Shown here: piece after piece, positions 9,639 to 17,605 of the stretch | How positions within the stretch are numbered: the first letter of the stretch is position 1 | Layout: each line of letters opens with the position of its first letter | Origin: Sphingomonadaceae bacterium | Lineage (GTDB): Bacteria; Pseudomonadota; Alphaproteobacteria; Sphingomonadales; Sphingomonadaceae | Direction of reading: 5' to 3' | Length of the DNA: 64,000 nt | Assembly (NCBI GenBank): GCA_947463325.1 | Contig: CANHQT010000010.1 | Coordinates: forward strand, 962-64,961 | Made by a program: the position numbers and the translations under genes | Notes under the pieces: model-generated | What the model saw: the letters and a program-made list of their open reading frames with translations, nothing else | Databases searched by the model: none | What the model was told of the DNA's origin: nothing

Positions 9639-9723
9639 CGTCATTGCGAGCGAAGCGAAGCAATCTAGGGCGGTTTGCGCCTGCTCTGGATTGCCGCGTC
9701 GCCTGCGGCTCCTCGCAATGACG
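9639..9723. repeat. imperfect palindromic (REP/MITE-like) element in the gspJ-gspK spacer
   Basis: The 12-bp termini CGTCATTGCGAG (9639-9650) and CTCGCAATGACG (9712-9723) are perfect reverse complements. An inner GCAATC/GATTGC pair also matches. The arms carry the widespread TCATTGCGAGCGAAGCGAAGCAATC motif. Confidence 0.6.
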
Positions 9724-9731
9724 GTCCATGG

Positions 9732-10394
9732 TCACTGCGGAGCCTCCGGCGGGGGCAGGCCATCGGGACCGACGAGGAAGATCATCGTCAGTGGCCGGGC
9801 GTTGTTCCGGTCGAGAGTGAGTTCTATCGCGCGGGGAAGGCGGGCGGGATTGTCCGCGCTCCACCCATCGCTCCAGCCGCCGTCGGCATTGCGCACACGC
9901 CAGCGAGCGCCGGTGACATCGCGTACCAGCACTGCGGCTACCCCTTCGCCGCCGCCATCCACCGCCTGCGTGCTGCGGCGGACGAAATTGCCGTTTTCCA
10001 GCGTGTAGCGGGTGCGTTCGAGCCGCTCGATCCCGGCATCGTCGCTTGCCGCATGGGTGAAGGCGATGCCGCCGCCGTCCGTCACAAAGGCGGTTTGCGG
10101 TGCGCCGCTCGCGTCGCGCACCGCACGCGGCTGGGCGCTGGCGAGGTCGGCGGATAGCAGGGCGCGCGTGCGCAGGATTGCGCTGCCCTCTCCCAAGCGT
10201 TCGGACACGACGATTTGCGTATCGACGCTGGAGCGCAGCAGCATGACCCCCGCCGCCGAAACGAGCGCGAAGATCGCCAGCGCGACCAGCATTTCCACCA
10301 GCGTGAAGCCGTGTTCGGCGGAACGCCGCACGGGCGTGAAGCCGTGTTCGGCGGAACGCCAGGAGGAGGTGAATTCACGCTCCGACCGCGTCAT
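9732..10394 (-). CDS. gspJ: type II secretion minor pseudopilin GspJ
   Basis: Prepilin motif G|FTLVEMLVALAIFALV. ATG 10394 overlaps the gspI stop (ATGA). An alternative GTG at 10331 gives the classic short leader MRRSAEHG|FTLVEM. Confidence 0.8.
   Translation of the reverse strand: MTRSEREFTSSWRSAEHGFTPVRRSAEHGFTLVEMLVALAIFALVSAAGVMLLRSSVDTQIVVSERLGEGSAILRTRALLSADLASAQPRAVRDASGAPQTAFVTDGGGIAFTHAASDDAGIERLERTRYTLENGNFVRRSTQAVDGGGEGVAAVLVRDVTGARWRVRNADGGWSDGWSADNPARLPRAIELTLDRNNARPLTMIFLVGPDGLPPPEAPQ
10301..10360 (-). repeat. in-frame 33-bp-period tandem duplication inside the gspJ leader
   Basis: The 27-bp string GCGTGAAGCCGTGTTCGGCGGAACGCC occurs at 10301-10327 and again at 10334-10360, separated by GCACGG. 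It encodes RSAEHGFT twice. Confidence 0.9.
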
Positions 10395-10762
10395 TGTGCG
10401 GTCCGGATGATGGTCAGCGTCGCGCGGCCCCCACCGCCACTGGCGGTGATGTCTATGCGCAGCAATTCGGGATCGGCGGTCGGGCGGACATTGCGGGTGA
10501 CGCGCCATGTGCGCCCGGCGTTGCTCACAGTTTCGCTGGCGCCGCCGGTTGCGGGCGGGGCAGGATCGCTGGCGATGGTCGCCGCGACATTGGCAGCGAC
10601 GATCCCGGCGAGCGCATCGTCATTGAGATCCGCCGCTCCGCGCACGGTGAAGGCATCGAGCCGCACCAGAGCGAGTGCCGCGATGCTCAGCACCGCCAGC
10701 GCCACCAGCATTTCGAGCAGCGTGAAGCCCTGTTCCGATGGTGTCCGCACGCGCCGTTTCAT
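10391..10762 (-). CDS. gspI: type II secretion minor pseudopilin GspI
   Basis: MKRRVRTPSEQG|FTLLEMLVALAVLSIAAL prepilin N-terminus, 123 aa. Confidence 0.85.
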   Translation of the reverse strand: MKRRVRTPSEQGFTLLEMLVALAVLSIAALALVRLDAFTVRGAADLNDDALAGIVAANVAATIASDPAPPATGGASETVSNAGRTWRVTRNVRPTADPELLRIDITASGGGGRATLTIIRTAQ

Positions 10763-11220
10763 CGCACGCTCACGTCGCCCGCGCCGTCAATGATGACGCT
10801 CGCCTCGGTACCGCTGCGGGCGATGGTGATGGTGGCGCTCCGGTCAGGCAGGCCGACCCGGTCAAAGCTGACCCGTCCGGTTGCCGCGCCGCTGATGCTC
10901 GCCGCGGTTCCTTCGCGCCAGTCGTCACGCGACAGCCGGCCATCGGCGATCGGTTGCCACTCCGGCCCTTGATCGGTCCGGATGCGCCGTTCGAACCCGT
11001 AGCCGGAGGGCGAGACCCACAAGCCGTGCGTGCGTCCTTCGATGATTGCGCGGTCCCGCAAGGCCGCGACGCGTGCGGCGAGTTGCACGGCATCGGCGCG
11101 CGCGTTGCCGCCGGGCGGAGCCATGGTCAGAACGACGACACTCGCAGCCAGCCCGATCAGGGCGAGCACGATCATCAATTCAATGAGCGTGAAGCCGCGT
11201 TCGTCGGACCAGCCGGGCAC
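10759..11220 (-). CDS. gspH: type II secretion minor pseudopilin GspH
   Basis: (GTG)PGWSDERG|FTLIELMIVLALIGL prepilin N-terminus, 153 aa. Confidence 0.8.
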   Translation of the reverse strand: MPGWSDERGFTLIELMIVLALIGLAASVVVLTMAPPGGNARADAVQLAARVAALRDRAIIEGRTHGLWVSPSGYGFERRIRTDQGPEWQPIADGRLSRDDWREGTAASISGAATGRVSFDRVGLPDRSATITIARSGTEASVIIDGAGDVSVR

Positions 11221-11223
11221 AGA

Positions 11224-11715
11224 TCACCCTTCGCTGCCGTAAATGTCGGCATTCTCGTTTTCGCCACCGGGCGCCCCATCCGCGCCAAGCGAATAGACGC
11301 TGAACGGCGCGCCATCCTGCCCCGGCACAGCGAGCTGATACGGGCGGCCCCAGGGATCTTCGGGCAGGCTGCGGACATAGCCGCCGGGGCGATAGCGCGA
11401 TGGATCGGCAAGGCCGGCCGGAGCTGCCCTGAGTGCGGCGAGCCCGTCAGCCGCATTGGGGTAGGTAAGGTTGTCGAGCCGGTATTGCTCCATCGCCTGT
11501 TCGAGCGTCGCAATGTCGGCGCGCGCCTTGGTCACCATTGCGCGGTCCTGACTCGGCAGGACGTTGATGAGGACGACTGTCGCCAGCAGGCCGACGATGA
11601 ACAGCACGACCATCAGTTCGGTCAGCGTAAAGCCGCGCTCGTCGCGCGGACGGCGCTCCACGGGCGCGCGGTTGCGGGTGAAATCGGCGAACAGGGCAAG
11701 GAGCAGGAGGCGCAT
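11224..11715 (-). CDS. gspG: type II secretion major pseudopilin GspG
   Basis: G|FTLTELMVVLFIVGLLATVV...DRAMVTKARADIATLEQAMEQYRLDN is typical GspG. ATG 11715 gives a 28-aa leader. GTG 11661 would give a 10-aa leader. Confidence 0.9.
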   Translation of the reverse strand: MRLLLLALFADFTRNRAPVERRPRDERGFTLTELMVVLFIVGLLATVVLINVLPSQDRAMVTKARADIATLEQAMEQYRLDNLTYPNAADGLAALRAAPAGLADPSRYRPGGYVRSLPEDPWGRPYQLAVPGQDGAPFSVYSLGADGAPGGENENADIYGSEG

Positions 11716-11717
11716 GG

Positions 11718-12932
11718 TCAGGGGCCCGTCAGTTGCTGGAGCTGCAGGATCGGCAGCAGGATGGAAAGGATGATAAGCGCGACGATGACGCCCATGACGA
11801 CGATGATGAGCGGTTCGAGCAGCGCCATCGCGGTCGCGGTGAACCGGTCGAACTCATTCTCGAGATAGTCGGCCGCGCGCTCCAGCATCACTTCGAGCCG
11901 ACCCGAGCTTTCCCCGCTGGCGGCGAGATAGACCAGCAGCGGCGGGAAAATCTTGGCATCGCGCATGGCGGCAGAAAGGCTGCCACCGCCGCGCACCTGT
12001 TCGACGATGCTCTCCGTCGCTTCGGCAAGACGGCGGTTGCGGATGGTGGGGATGGTGAGGCGCAGTCCTTCGACCAGCGGCAAGCGGCTCGACACCATGG
12101 TCGAGAGGGTGCGGGCGAAGCGGGCGGCGTGCAGATCGCGCAGCAGCCGCCCGATCAGCGGCAGTTTGAGAAGCCGGCTGTCGAAGGCGAGGCGGAAGGC
12201 GGGGCGGCGCAGCAGTGCGGCAAAGCCGGCACCCGCGGCAGCCAGTGCAAGCAGCGCCAGCCACCACCAATTGGCAGCAATGTCAGACAAAGCGATGACG
12301 ATGCGGGTGAGCAGCGGCAATTGCTGGCCCACCGTGTCAAACTGTTCGACCACGCGCGGCACCACCCAGATCATCAGCGCAGCGACCACCAGCACCGCGA
12401 CGGTCGCAAGCACGATCGGATAGGCAAGCGTCGCCATCAGCTTGCCGCGCACCTCCGCCTGCCGTTCGAGTAGCGCGGAGAGGCGATCGAGAATGACCGG
12501 CAGCGAGCCTGAGCTTTCGCCGGCGGAGATCATCGCGCGATAGAGCGGCGGAAAGCTTTTCGGCTCACGCCCCATAGCCTCGGCGAGGCGGCGACCCTCG
12601 ACAATGCCTGAGTGGACGGTGCCGATGATGGCGCGAACATGCGCGGCCTCCGACTGGCGGGAGGACGTGCGCAGCGCCTCTTCGAGCGGACTGACTTCTG
12701 TCAGCGTCGCAAGCTGGCGGGTGAACAGTGCGAGTTCACGGTGGGAAAGCCTGTTGCGCTCAAGGGTCAGCAGCGCCTTTTTCGGTTCCGGTGGCGCACC
12801 CGGCGCACATTCTATGACGAACAGCCGTTTCTGCGCGAGCGCGGCGCGCGCGGCCTCCCGATCGGGCGCGTCGATATGGCCGCGCTTTTCGCGACCAGCA
12901 GGATCAACGGCGAGGTAGCGGAAATCAGCCAT
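11718..12932 (-). CDS. gspF: type II secretion inner-membrane platform protein GspF
   Basis: MADFRYLAVDPAGREKRGHIDA... with duplicated GspF domains and 3 TM segments. ATG 12932 overlaps the gspE 3' end. The track ORF start at 13085 is an extension. Confidence 0.9.
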   Translation of the reverse strand: MADFRYLAVDPAGREKRGHIDAPDREAARAALAQKRLFVIECAPGAPPEPKKALLTLERNRLSHRELALFTRQLATLTEVSPLEEALRTSSRQSEAAHVRAIIGTVHSGIVEGRRLAEAMGREPKSFPPLYRAMISAGESSGSLPVILDRLSALLERQAEVRGKLMATLAYPIVLATVAVLVVAALMIWVVPRVVEQFDTVGQQLPLLTRIVIALSDIAANWWWLALLALAAAGAGFAALLRRPAFRLAFDSRLLKLPLIGRLLRDLHAARFARTLSTMVSSRLPLVEGLRLTIPTIRNRRLAEATESIVEQVRGGGSLSAAMRDAKIFPPLLVYLAASGESSGRLEVMLERAADYLENEFDRFTATAMALLEPLIIVVMGVIVALIILSILLPILQLQQLTGP

Positions 12933-14427
12933 CGGCGGTTTCGGGTTCCGCCTCGCGCCGCGAGATGCGGATGGCTTCCTCGGGCGTGGTTTCGCCAGCC
13001 CGGACAAGCGCGCGTGCCGCCGAACCCAGCGTCGGCGCATGCAGGAAGGCGTGGCGGGCGATGATTGCCTCATCGCCGCCGTCATTGATCAGGCGGCGGA
13101 TAGTCTCATCGACCTTGAGCGCCTCAAACACGCCGATGCGGCCCTTGTAGCCCGTCTGCCCACATGCCGGGCAGCCATGCGCGCGATAGACGATGGTGCC
13201 GGGGTCGAAGCCGAGCAGGCTGGCAACGCTGCCTTCGGCTTGCACAGGCTCCCGACATTCGGGACACAGCCGCCGCACCAGCCGCTGGGCGATGACGGCG
13301 CGCAGGGAGGAGGCGATGAGGAAGGGTTCGACCTTCATATCGCGCAGGCGGGTGATCGCGCCGATCGCATCATTGGTGTGGACGGTCGACAGCACCAGAT
13401 GGCCGGTGAGCGATGCCTGCACCGCGATATCCGCGGTTTCGCGGTCGCGGATTTCGCCGACCATCACCACGTCCGGATCCTGGCGCAGGATCGCGCGCAA
13501 ACCGGCGGCGAAGCTCAAACCCACCTTGGCATTGACCTGTGTCTGACCGACGCCATCGACCGCATATTCCACCGGATCTTCGACGGTCAGGATATTGCGG
13601 CTGCCGTCATTCAATATCTTGAGCGCGGCATAAAGCGTCGTCGTCTTGCCCGATCCTGTCGGACCGGTGACGAGGATGATGCCATTGGGTTCGGCGAGCG
13701 CGCCGCGCAATATGGTGTCCGCCGCACCGTTAAGGCCGAGCAGGTCGAAATCGATGCCTGCCGTATCCTTGTCGAGCAAGCGCAACACCACCCGTTCACC
13801 GGCGCGGCTGGGCAGGGTCGAGACGCGCACGTCGAGGCTCTTGCCACCAAGTGTCAGGCCGATGCGGCCATCCTGCGGCACGCGCCGCTCGGCGATATCG
13901 AGGCGCGCCATCACCTTGATGCGGCTGACCACCACCGGTGCGACATGCGCCGGCATCTTCAGCACCTCGCGCAGCAGGCCGTCGATGCGCATGCGGACGA
14001 CAAGCGCGCTCTCATAGGGTTCTACATGGATATCCGACACGCCTTGGCGCGCCGCATCGGCGATGATGCCGTTGATGAGGCGGATGGCCGGCGCATCGTC
14101 CGCGCTGTCGAGCAGATCGTCAGCAGTGGGCAGGTCGGTGGCGAGGATATCAAGGCTCGATTCGCCGACTGCGAGCGCGCCTGCGACTGCGGCGTGCGAA
14201 TCCATGGCATAATGGTCTGACAGGAGCTCGTCGAACCGCGCAGCGCTCACGAAATCGACGTCGAAGCCGTGGCCGAGGTGGCGGCGCACCTCAATAAGGA
14301 CACGCGGGTCCGCGCCCTCGCGCAGGGCAATGTGCGTCGCCGCCGGGTTGGCATCGACGATGATCACGCCATGCTTCAGCGCGAAGGCATAGGGGATGTC
14401 GATCGGAGGAGAGGCGATCGGGTCCAT
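12925..14427 (-). CDS. gspE: type II secretion ATPase GspE
   Basis: Walker A GPTGSGKTTT, Asp/His boxes and a C-terminal tetracysteine motif (CPECR...CPACGQTGY). Start is ATG 14427 (MDPIASPP...). Confidence 0.95.
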   Translation of the reverse strand: MDPIASPPIDIPYAFALKHGVIIVDANPAATHIALREGADPRVLIEVRRHLGHGFDVDFVSAARFDELLSDHYAMDSHAAVAGALAVGESSLDILATDLPTADDLLDSADDAPAIRLINGIIADAARQGVSDIHVEPYESALVVRMRIDGLLREVLKMPAHVAPVVVSRIKVMARLDIAERRVPQDGRIGLTLGGKSLDVRVSTLPSRAGERVVLRLLDKDTAGIDFDLLGLNGAADTILRGALAEPNGIILVTGPTGSGKTTTLYAALKILNDGSRNILTVEDPVEYAVDGVGQTQVNAKVGLSFAAGLRAILRQDPDVVMVGEIRDRETADIAVQASLTGHLVLSTVHTNDAIGAITRLRDMKVEPFLIASSLRAVIAQRLVRRLCPECREPVQAEGSVASLLGFDPGTIVYRAHGCPACGQTGYKGRIGVFEALKVDETIRRLINDGGDEAIIARHAFLHAPTLGSAARALVRAGETTPEEAIRISRREAEPETADG

Positions 14428-14431
14428 GGGC

Positions 14432-16603
14432 TTACCCTTGCGGTGGCGGCGGTCCGGCGTCGCTCGGCGGAATGTCGACTGGTTCGACCGGGGCGGGCAA
14501 TGCCCGTGCTGCACCGATCACCTGATCGTCGGAGCGGGCGACGACGCCGGGCGGCACAGTGCCGAGATAATCGCGCACAAGCAGATCGATCTCGGGCTCG
14601 CTGTCGGGATCGCGGGCGAGTTGGTCGGCGCGAACAAAATTGTATCGCCGGGCGGTCAGCGCCGCATTGTCGGCCCGGTCGCGCAGGATTGTCGGGCGGA
14701 TGAAGACCATGAGGTTGGTCTTCGCCCGGCTGCGCGAGCGGGAACGGAACAGTTCGCCGATAACCGGAATGTCGGAGAGGAGCGGAATACGCTCTATGGT
14801 GCGCCGTTCGTCATCATTGAGCAGACCGCCGATGGCGAGGATGTCGCCATCATCGACGGTCAGTACTGTTTCGAACAGCCGCTTGTTGATGATGAGATCG
14901 CTCGACCGGCTGGAAACGGGCCCTGCAACCGAAGACACTTCCTGGCTGATGTAGAGCTTGACCTCGCCCGAGGCGTTGATCTGTGGCGTGACGGTGAGTT
15001 TGATGCCTACCTCCTCACGCTCGATGGTCCGGAAGGCATTGTCGAAATTGTCGGAGAGCGCCTCGCCGGTGGTCACTGGCACTTCTTGTCCGACCAGGAA
15101 GCGGGCTTCGCTATTGTCGAGCGTGACAATGTGCGGCGTGGCGAGCAGGTTCGATGCGGTGTCCGACTGGACGGCGTTGATGATCGCGCCGAACACAGTG
15201 TTGCGGCCAATGTCTCCAGCGAAGCCCGCAAAGCCGCCGGTCGCGCCGAGGATCTGGCGCGCCGCGGCCTCGGTGACGCCGCTGCCGAAGGGGTTTTGCT
15301 GTGTCGTGGTGACGACATTGCCGTCGATGGTCGTCGTCTCACGCGACAGTTCATAACCGGCCGCCGCTGCGCCGAGCGTCAGGATGTTCGGGTTGGCGTT
15401 GGAATAGTTGGTGGCGAGGAAGGGGATATTCTCCCCGCCGACGAGGAATTGGACGCCCAGTTGGCGTGCCGCATTATCCCCGATCTCGACAATGATTGCC
15501 TCGACCAGGACTTGCTGGCGGCGAACGTCGAGCTGGCGGATGAGTTCACCCAGCATGCGCTGGATGTCGGCATTGCCGGCAACGATGATCGCATTGGCGC
15601 CTTCGTAGCGGGTCACGATGGCGGGGCCGCGTGTCGCGATGCTGGCGCCGTTGCCAGCACTGGTGGTGGCGGCAACCGGGGCGGCGGCAGGTGCTTCGCT
15701 GCCTTCACTGCGCGGCTGTGCGGGCGAGGGCGTGGCGGCCGGATCGCTGCCGCCGCCGATCAGCGATTGCAGGGTCGGGAGCAGCCGCGCTGCATCGGCA
15801 TGTTCAAGGAAATAGACCCGGATCTCGGCCTGGCTGGCGGCGCGCGCGTCAAGCTCCTCGGCGAGCTGGGCAAAGCGTGCGACCTGTGCCGCATCGCCAC
15901 GGATAGCGATGCTGTTGGATGTATCGAAGGCGGCAACCGTCACCCCGCCTGCAGCCGGTGCCCCGTTGGCCCCGGCGGCTGCCGCACCGAGTTGCTGGAG
16001 CGAGGCTGCAATCTCACGCGCACCGGCGTTGGTGAGGTGGATCAGGCGCGTGGCGCTGGCATCGCGGTCGATAGAGGCGACCAGCGCGCGGATACGGCGG
16101 ACATTGTCGGCAAAGTCGACCACCACCAGGCTGTTGGCATTGCGGTTGGCGGTGACCGAACCCTGCTGGCTGACCAGCGGACGCAGCGTTTCAATGGCGG
16201 CGGTTGCATCGATATAACGCAGGCGCACGATTTCCGTGACGAACTGGTTGGCGCCGGCATTGCCGCTGCCGATCCGCCCCGGCTGCGAGGCTGCGCCGTC
16301 GAGCGGCTGGATGCGATAGCTGCCGTTAGGCAACGGGATGGCGACAAGGCTGTTGGCGCGCAGTGTCGACAGGAAAATCTCGAAATATTCGGCGCGGTTC
16401 AGCGGTCGCTCGGTGACAACGGTGACGCGGCCTTGCACCCGCCCGTCGACGACGAAGGTGCGGCCGGTGACGCGCGCGGCATCGGCAATGAAGGCGCGGA
16501 TGTCGGCGTCGCGAACATTGAGCACATGCTGTGCGAGCGCGGGCTGCGCGGCGCAGACGATGGCAGTTGCGGCCAGGAGTGCGGCTGGGAAACGGCGGGT
16601 CAT
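14432..16603 (-). CDS. gspD: type II secretion secretin GspD
   Basis: 723 aa with a signal peptide, N-domains and a C-terminal secretin domain (...VPLLSDIPVIGELFRSRS...). Confidence 0.95.
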   Translation of the reverse strand: MTRRFPAALLAATAIVCAAQPALAQHVLNVRDADIRAFIADAARVTGRTFVVDGRVQGRVTVVTERPLNRAEYFEIFLSTLRANSLVAIPLPNGSYRIQPLDGAASQPGRIGSGNAGANQFVTEIVRLRYIDATAAIETLRPLVSQQGSVTANRNANSLVVVDFADNVRRIRALVASIDRDASATRLIHLTNAGAREIAASLQQLGAAAAGANGAPAAGGVTVAAFDTSNSIAIRGDAAQVARFAQLAEELDARAASQAEIRVYFLEHADAARLLPTLQSLIGGGSDPAATPSPAQPRSEGSEAPAAAPVAATTSAGNGASIATRGPAIVTRYEGANAIIVAGNADIQRMLGELIRQLDVRRQQVLVEAIIVEIGDNAARQLGVQFLVGGENIPFLATNYSNANPNILTLGAAAAGYELSRETTTIDGNVVTTTQQNPFGSGVTEAAARQILGATGGFAGFAGDIGRNTVFGAIINAVQSDTASNLLATPHIVTLDNSEARFLVGQEVPVTTGEALSDNFDNAFRTIEREEVGIKLTVTPQINASGEVKLYISQEVSSVAGPVSSRSSDLIINKRLFETVLTVDDGDILAIGGLLNDDERRTIERIPLLSDIPVIGELFRSRSRSRAKTNLMVFIRPTILRDRADNAALTARRYNFVRADQLARDPDSEPEIDLLVRDYLGTVPPGVVARSDDQVIGAARALPAPVEPVDIPPSDAGPPPPQG

Positions 16604-17460
16604 TGGCCTCCGGCGGGCAGGGTGATGGCGATGGGAATAGTCCCTGCTCCGCGCTCGACCTCTAAGCTGAGGCGCGCGCCGGGCTGGACTTGCGAGAGAA
16701 AAGTGGTGGCATCCGACGCAGCGGTGATACGCCGGCCGTTGATGCTGCGGATAACATCACCGCCGCGGAAGCCCGCAGCGGTAAAGGCACGGCCATCACC
16801 GGTCTGGCCGACCGCGATGCCGGTGACACGGCCACCCTCACTGCGCGGCGAAAAACTGATGCCGGCGCGGATCGATTGCTGGCTCAGCGGGGTAGTGCCA
16901 GCAGCGGAGCCCGGCACCTGTGCGGGCGGAGTGGCAATGGCCGGTGCCGCACCGTCGGCGGGGGCGGTACCCGGCGCCTGCGATTGATCAAGATAGAGCA
17001 GCTCACGCCGCCCGGCATTGTCGATTTCGACATGATCGAAATGGACTGCGGCGAGGCGGACGCCCGGCTGGATTTCTTCACCCACGCCAATGCTGGCCTG
17101 AACGCCATCGGCAGTGCCGATGATCGCCGATCCCAGCGAGGTCGCCTGGTTCATGCGCACGCCGAACAACTGGATCTGCAGGCTCGTGACCTGGCTAGTC
17201 CCGGTCGCTGCAGCAGGGGCGGTGCGGTAGAAAGGATCGATGCGTGCAAACAGCTCGGCGCGCGCTTCGGCGGGGATTTCGCTCGCCGATCGCGGGCTCC
17301 AATCCCCCACCGGTCCTGTTGGTGTGAGTATCGCGAACAGGAGCCGAACCGACTGCACCACGAGGATCAGCAGCAGCACGCCGATCAGCAGCTGGCCCAG
17401 CCAGCCACCGGGCAACGCAGCGATGCGTCGGCGCAGGCGCTCGTCGATCATCAACTGCAT
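16600..17460 (-). CDS. gspC: type II secretion protein GspC (with C-terminal PDZ-like domain)
   Basis: N-terminal TM (LLIGVLLLILVV) and a C-terminal PDZ-like segment (GFRGGDVIRSINGRRI). It is the first gene of the operon, and its stop overlaps the gspD ATG. Confidence 0.75.
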   Translation of the reverse strand: MQLMIDERLRRRIAALPGGWLGQLLIGVLLLILVVQSVRLLFAILTPTGPVGDWSPRSASEIPAEARAELFARIDPFYRTAPAAATGTSQVTSLQIQLFGVRMNQATSLGSAIIGTADGVQASIGVGEEIQPGVRLAAVHFDHVEIDNAGRRELLYLDQSQAPGTAPADGAAPAIATPPAQVPGSAAGTTPLSQQSIRAGISFSPRSEGGRVTGIAVGQTGDGRAFTAAGFRGGDVIRSINGRRITAASDATTFLSQVQPGARLSLEVERGAGTIPIAITLPAGGQ

Positions 17461-17508
17461 GGTTTGGCTACTTTCCCCCTTCGGTCGAGTCGCGGCTAGG
17501 CTGGACTC

Positions 17509-17526
17509 ATGACCCTTTGGTGACAG
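17509..17526 (-). promoter_or_regulatory. Pho-box-like site upstream of gspC
   Basis: The minus strand reads CTGTCAC-CAAA-GGGTCAT, two 7-mers 11 bp apart. It is co-oriented with gspC and its proximal end is 48 nt from ATG 17460. Confidence 0.4.
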
Positions 17527-17549
17527 TCAGACTACTCTTATGTTGCAAC

Positions 17550-17578
17550 GCGCGACAAGCCGGTGGGGCTTGCCGCGC
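17550..17578 (-). terminator. GC-rich hairpin downstream of the TonB-dependent receptor gene (no U-tract)
   Basis: GCGCGACAAGCC / GGCTTGCCGCGC form a 12-bp stem with one mismatch and a 5-nt loop, 28 nt past the receptor stop codon. Confidence 0.35.
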
Positions 17579-17605
17579 GCTGGTTGGTTCGGAGCTCTAG
17601 GAGGG

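Noticed and set aside
8617-9864. The long N-terminal extension of the gspK ORF (and the plus-strand ORF 8872-10008) containing LLRFARNDDG / VIASEAKQSR peptides.
   Set aside because: These peptides are the mistranslation of the palindromic repeat element at 9639-9723. The GspK hydrophobic N-terminus begins just downstream of GTG 9630.
14396-16987. An 863-aa ORF on the plus strand, the longest in the region.
   Set aside because: It lies antisense to gspD and gspC, whose translations are clearly recognisable. Its own product is Arg/Gly/Ala/Asp-rich low-complexity sequence, typical of shadow ORFs in high-GC DNA. The same reasoning applies to 17540-18808 and 19256-20425 (antisense to the TonB receptor), 23007-24356 (antisense to phoD), 13039-14220 (antisense to gspE), 27164-28465, 38258-39637, 44039-45433, 53807-55189 and similar track entries.
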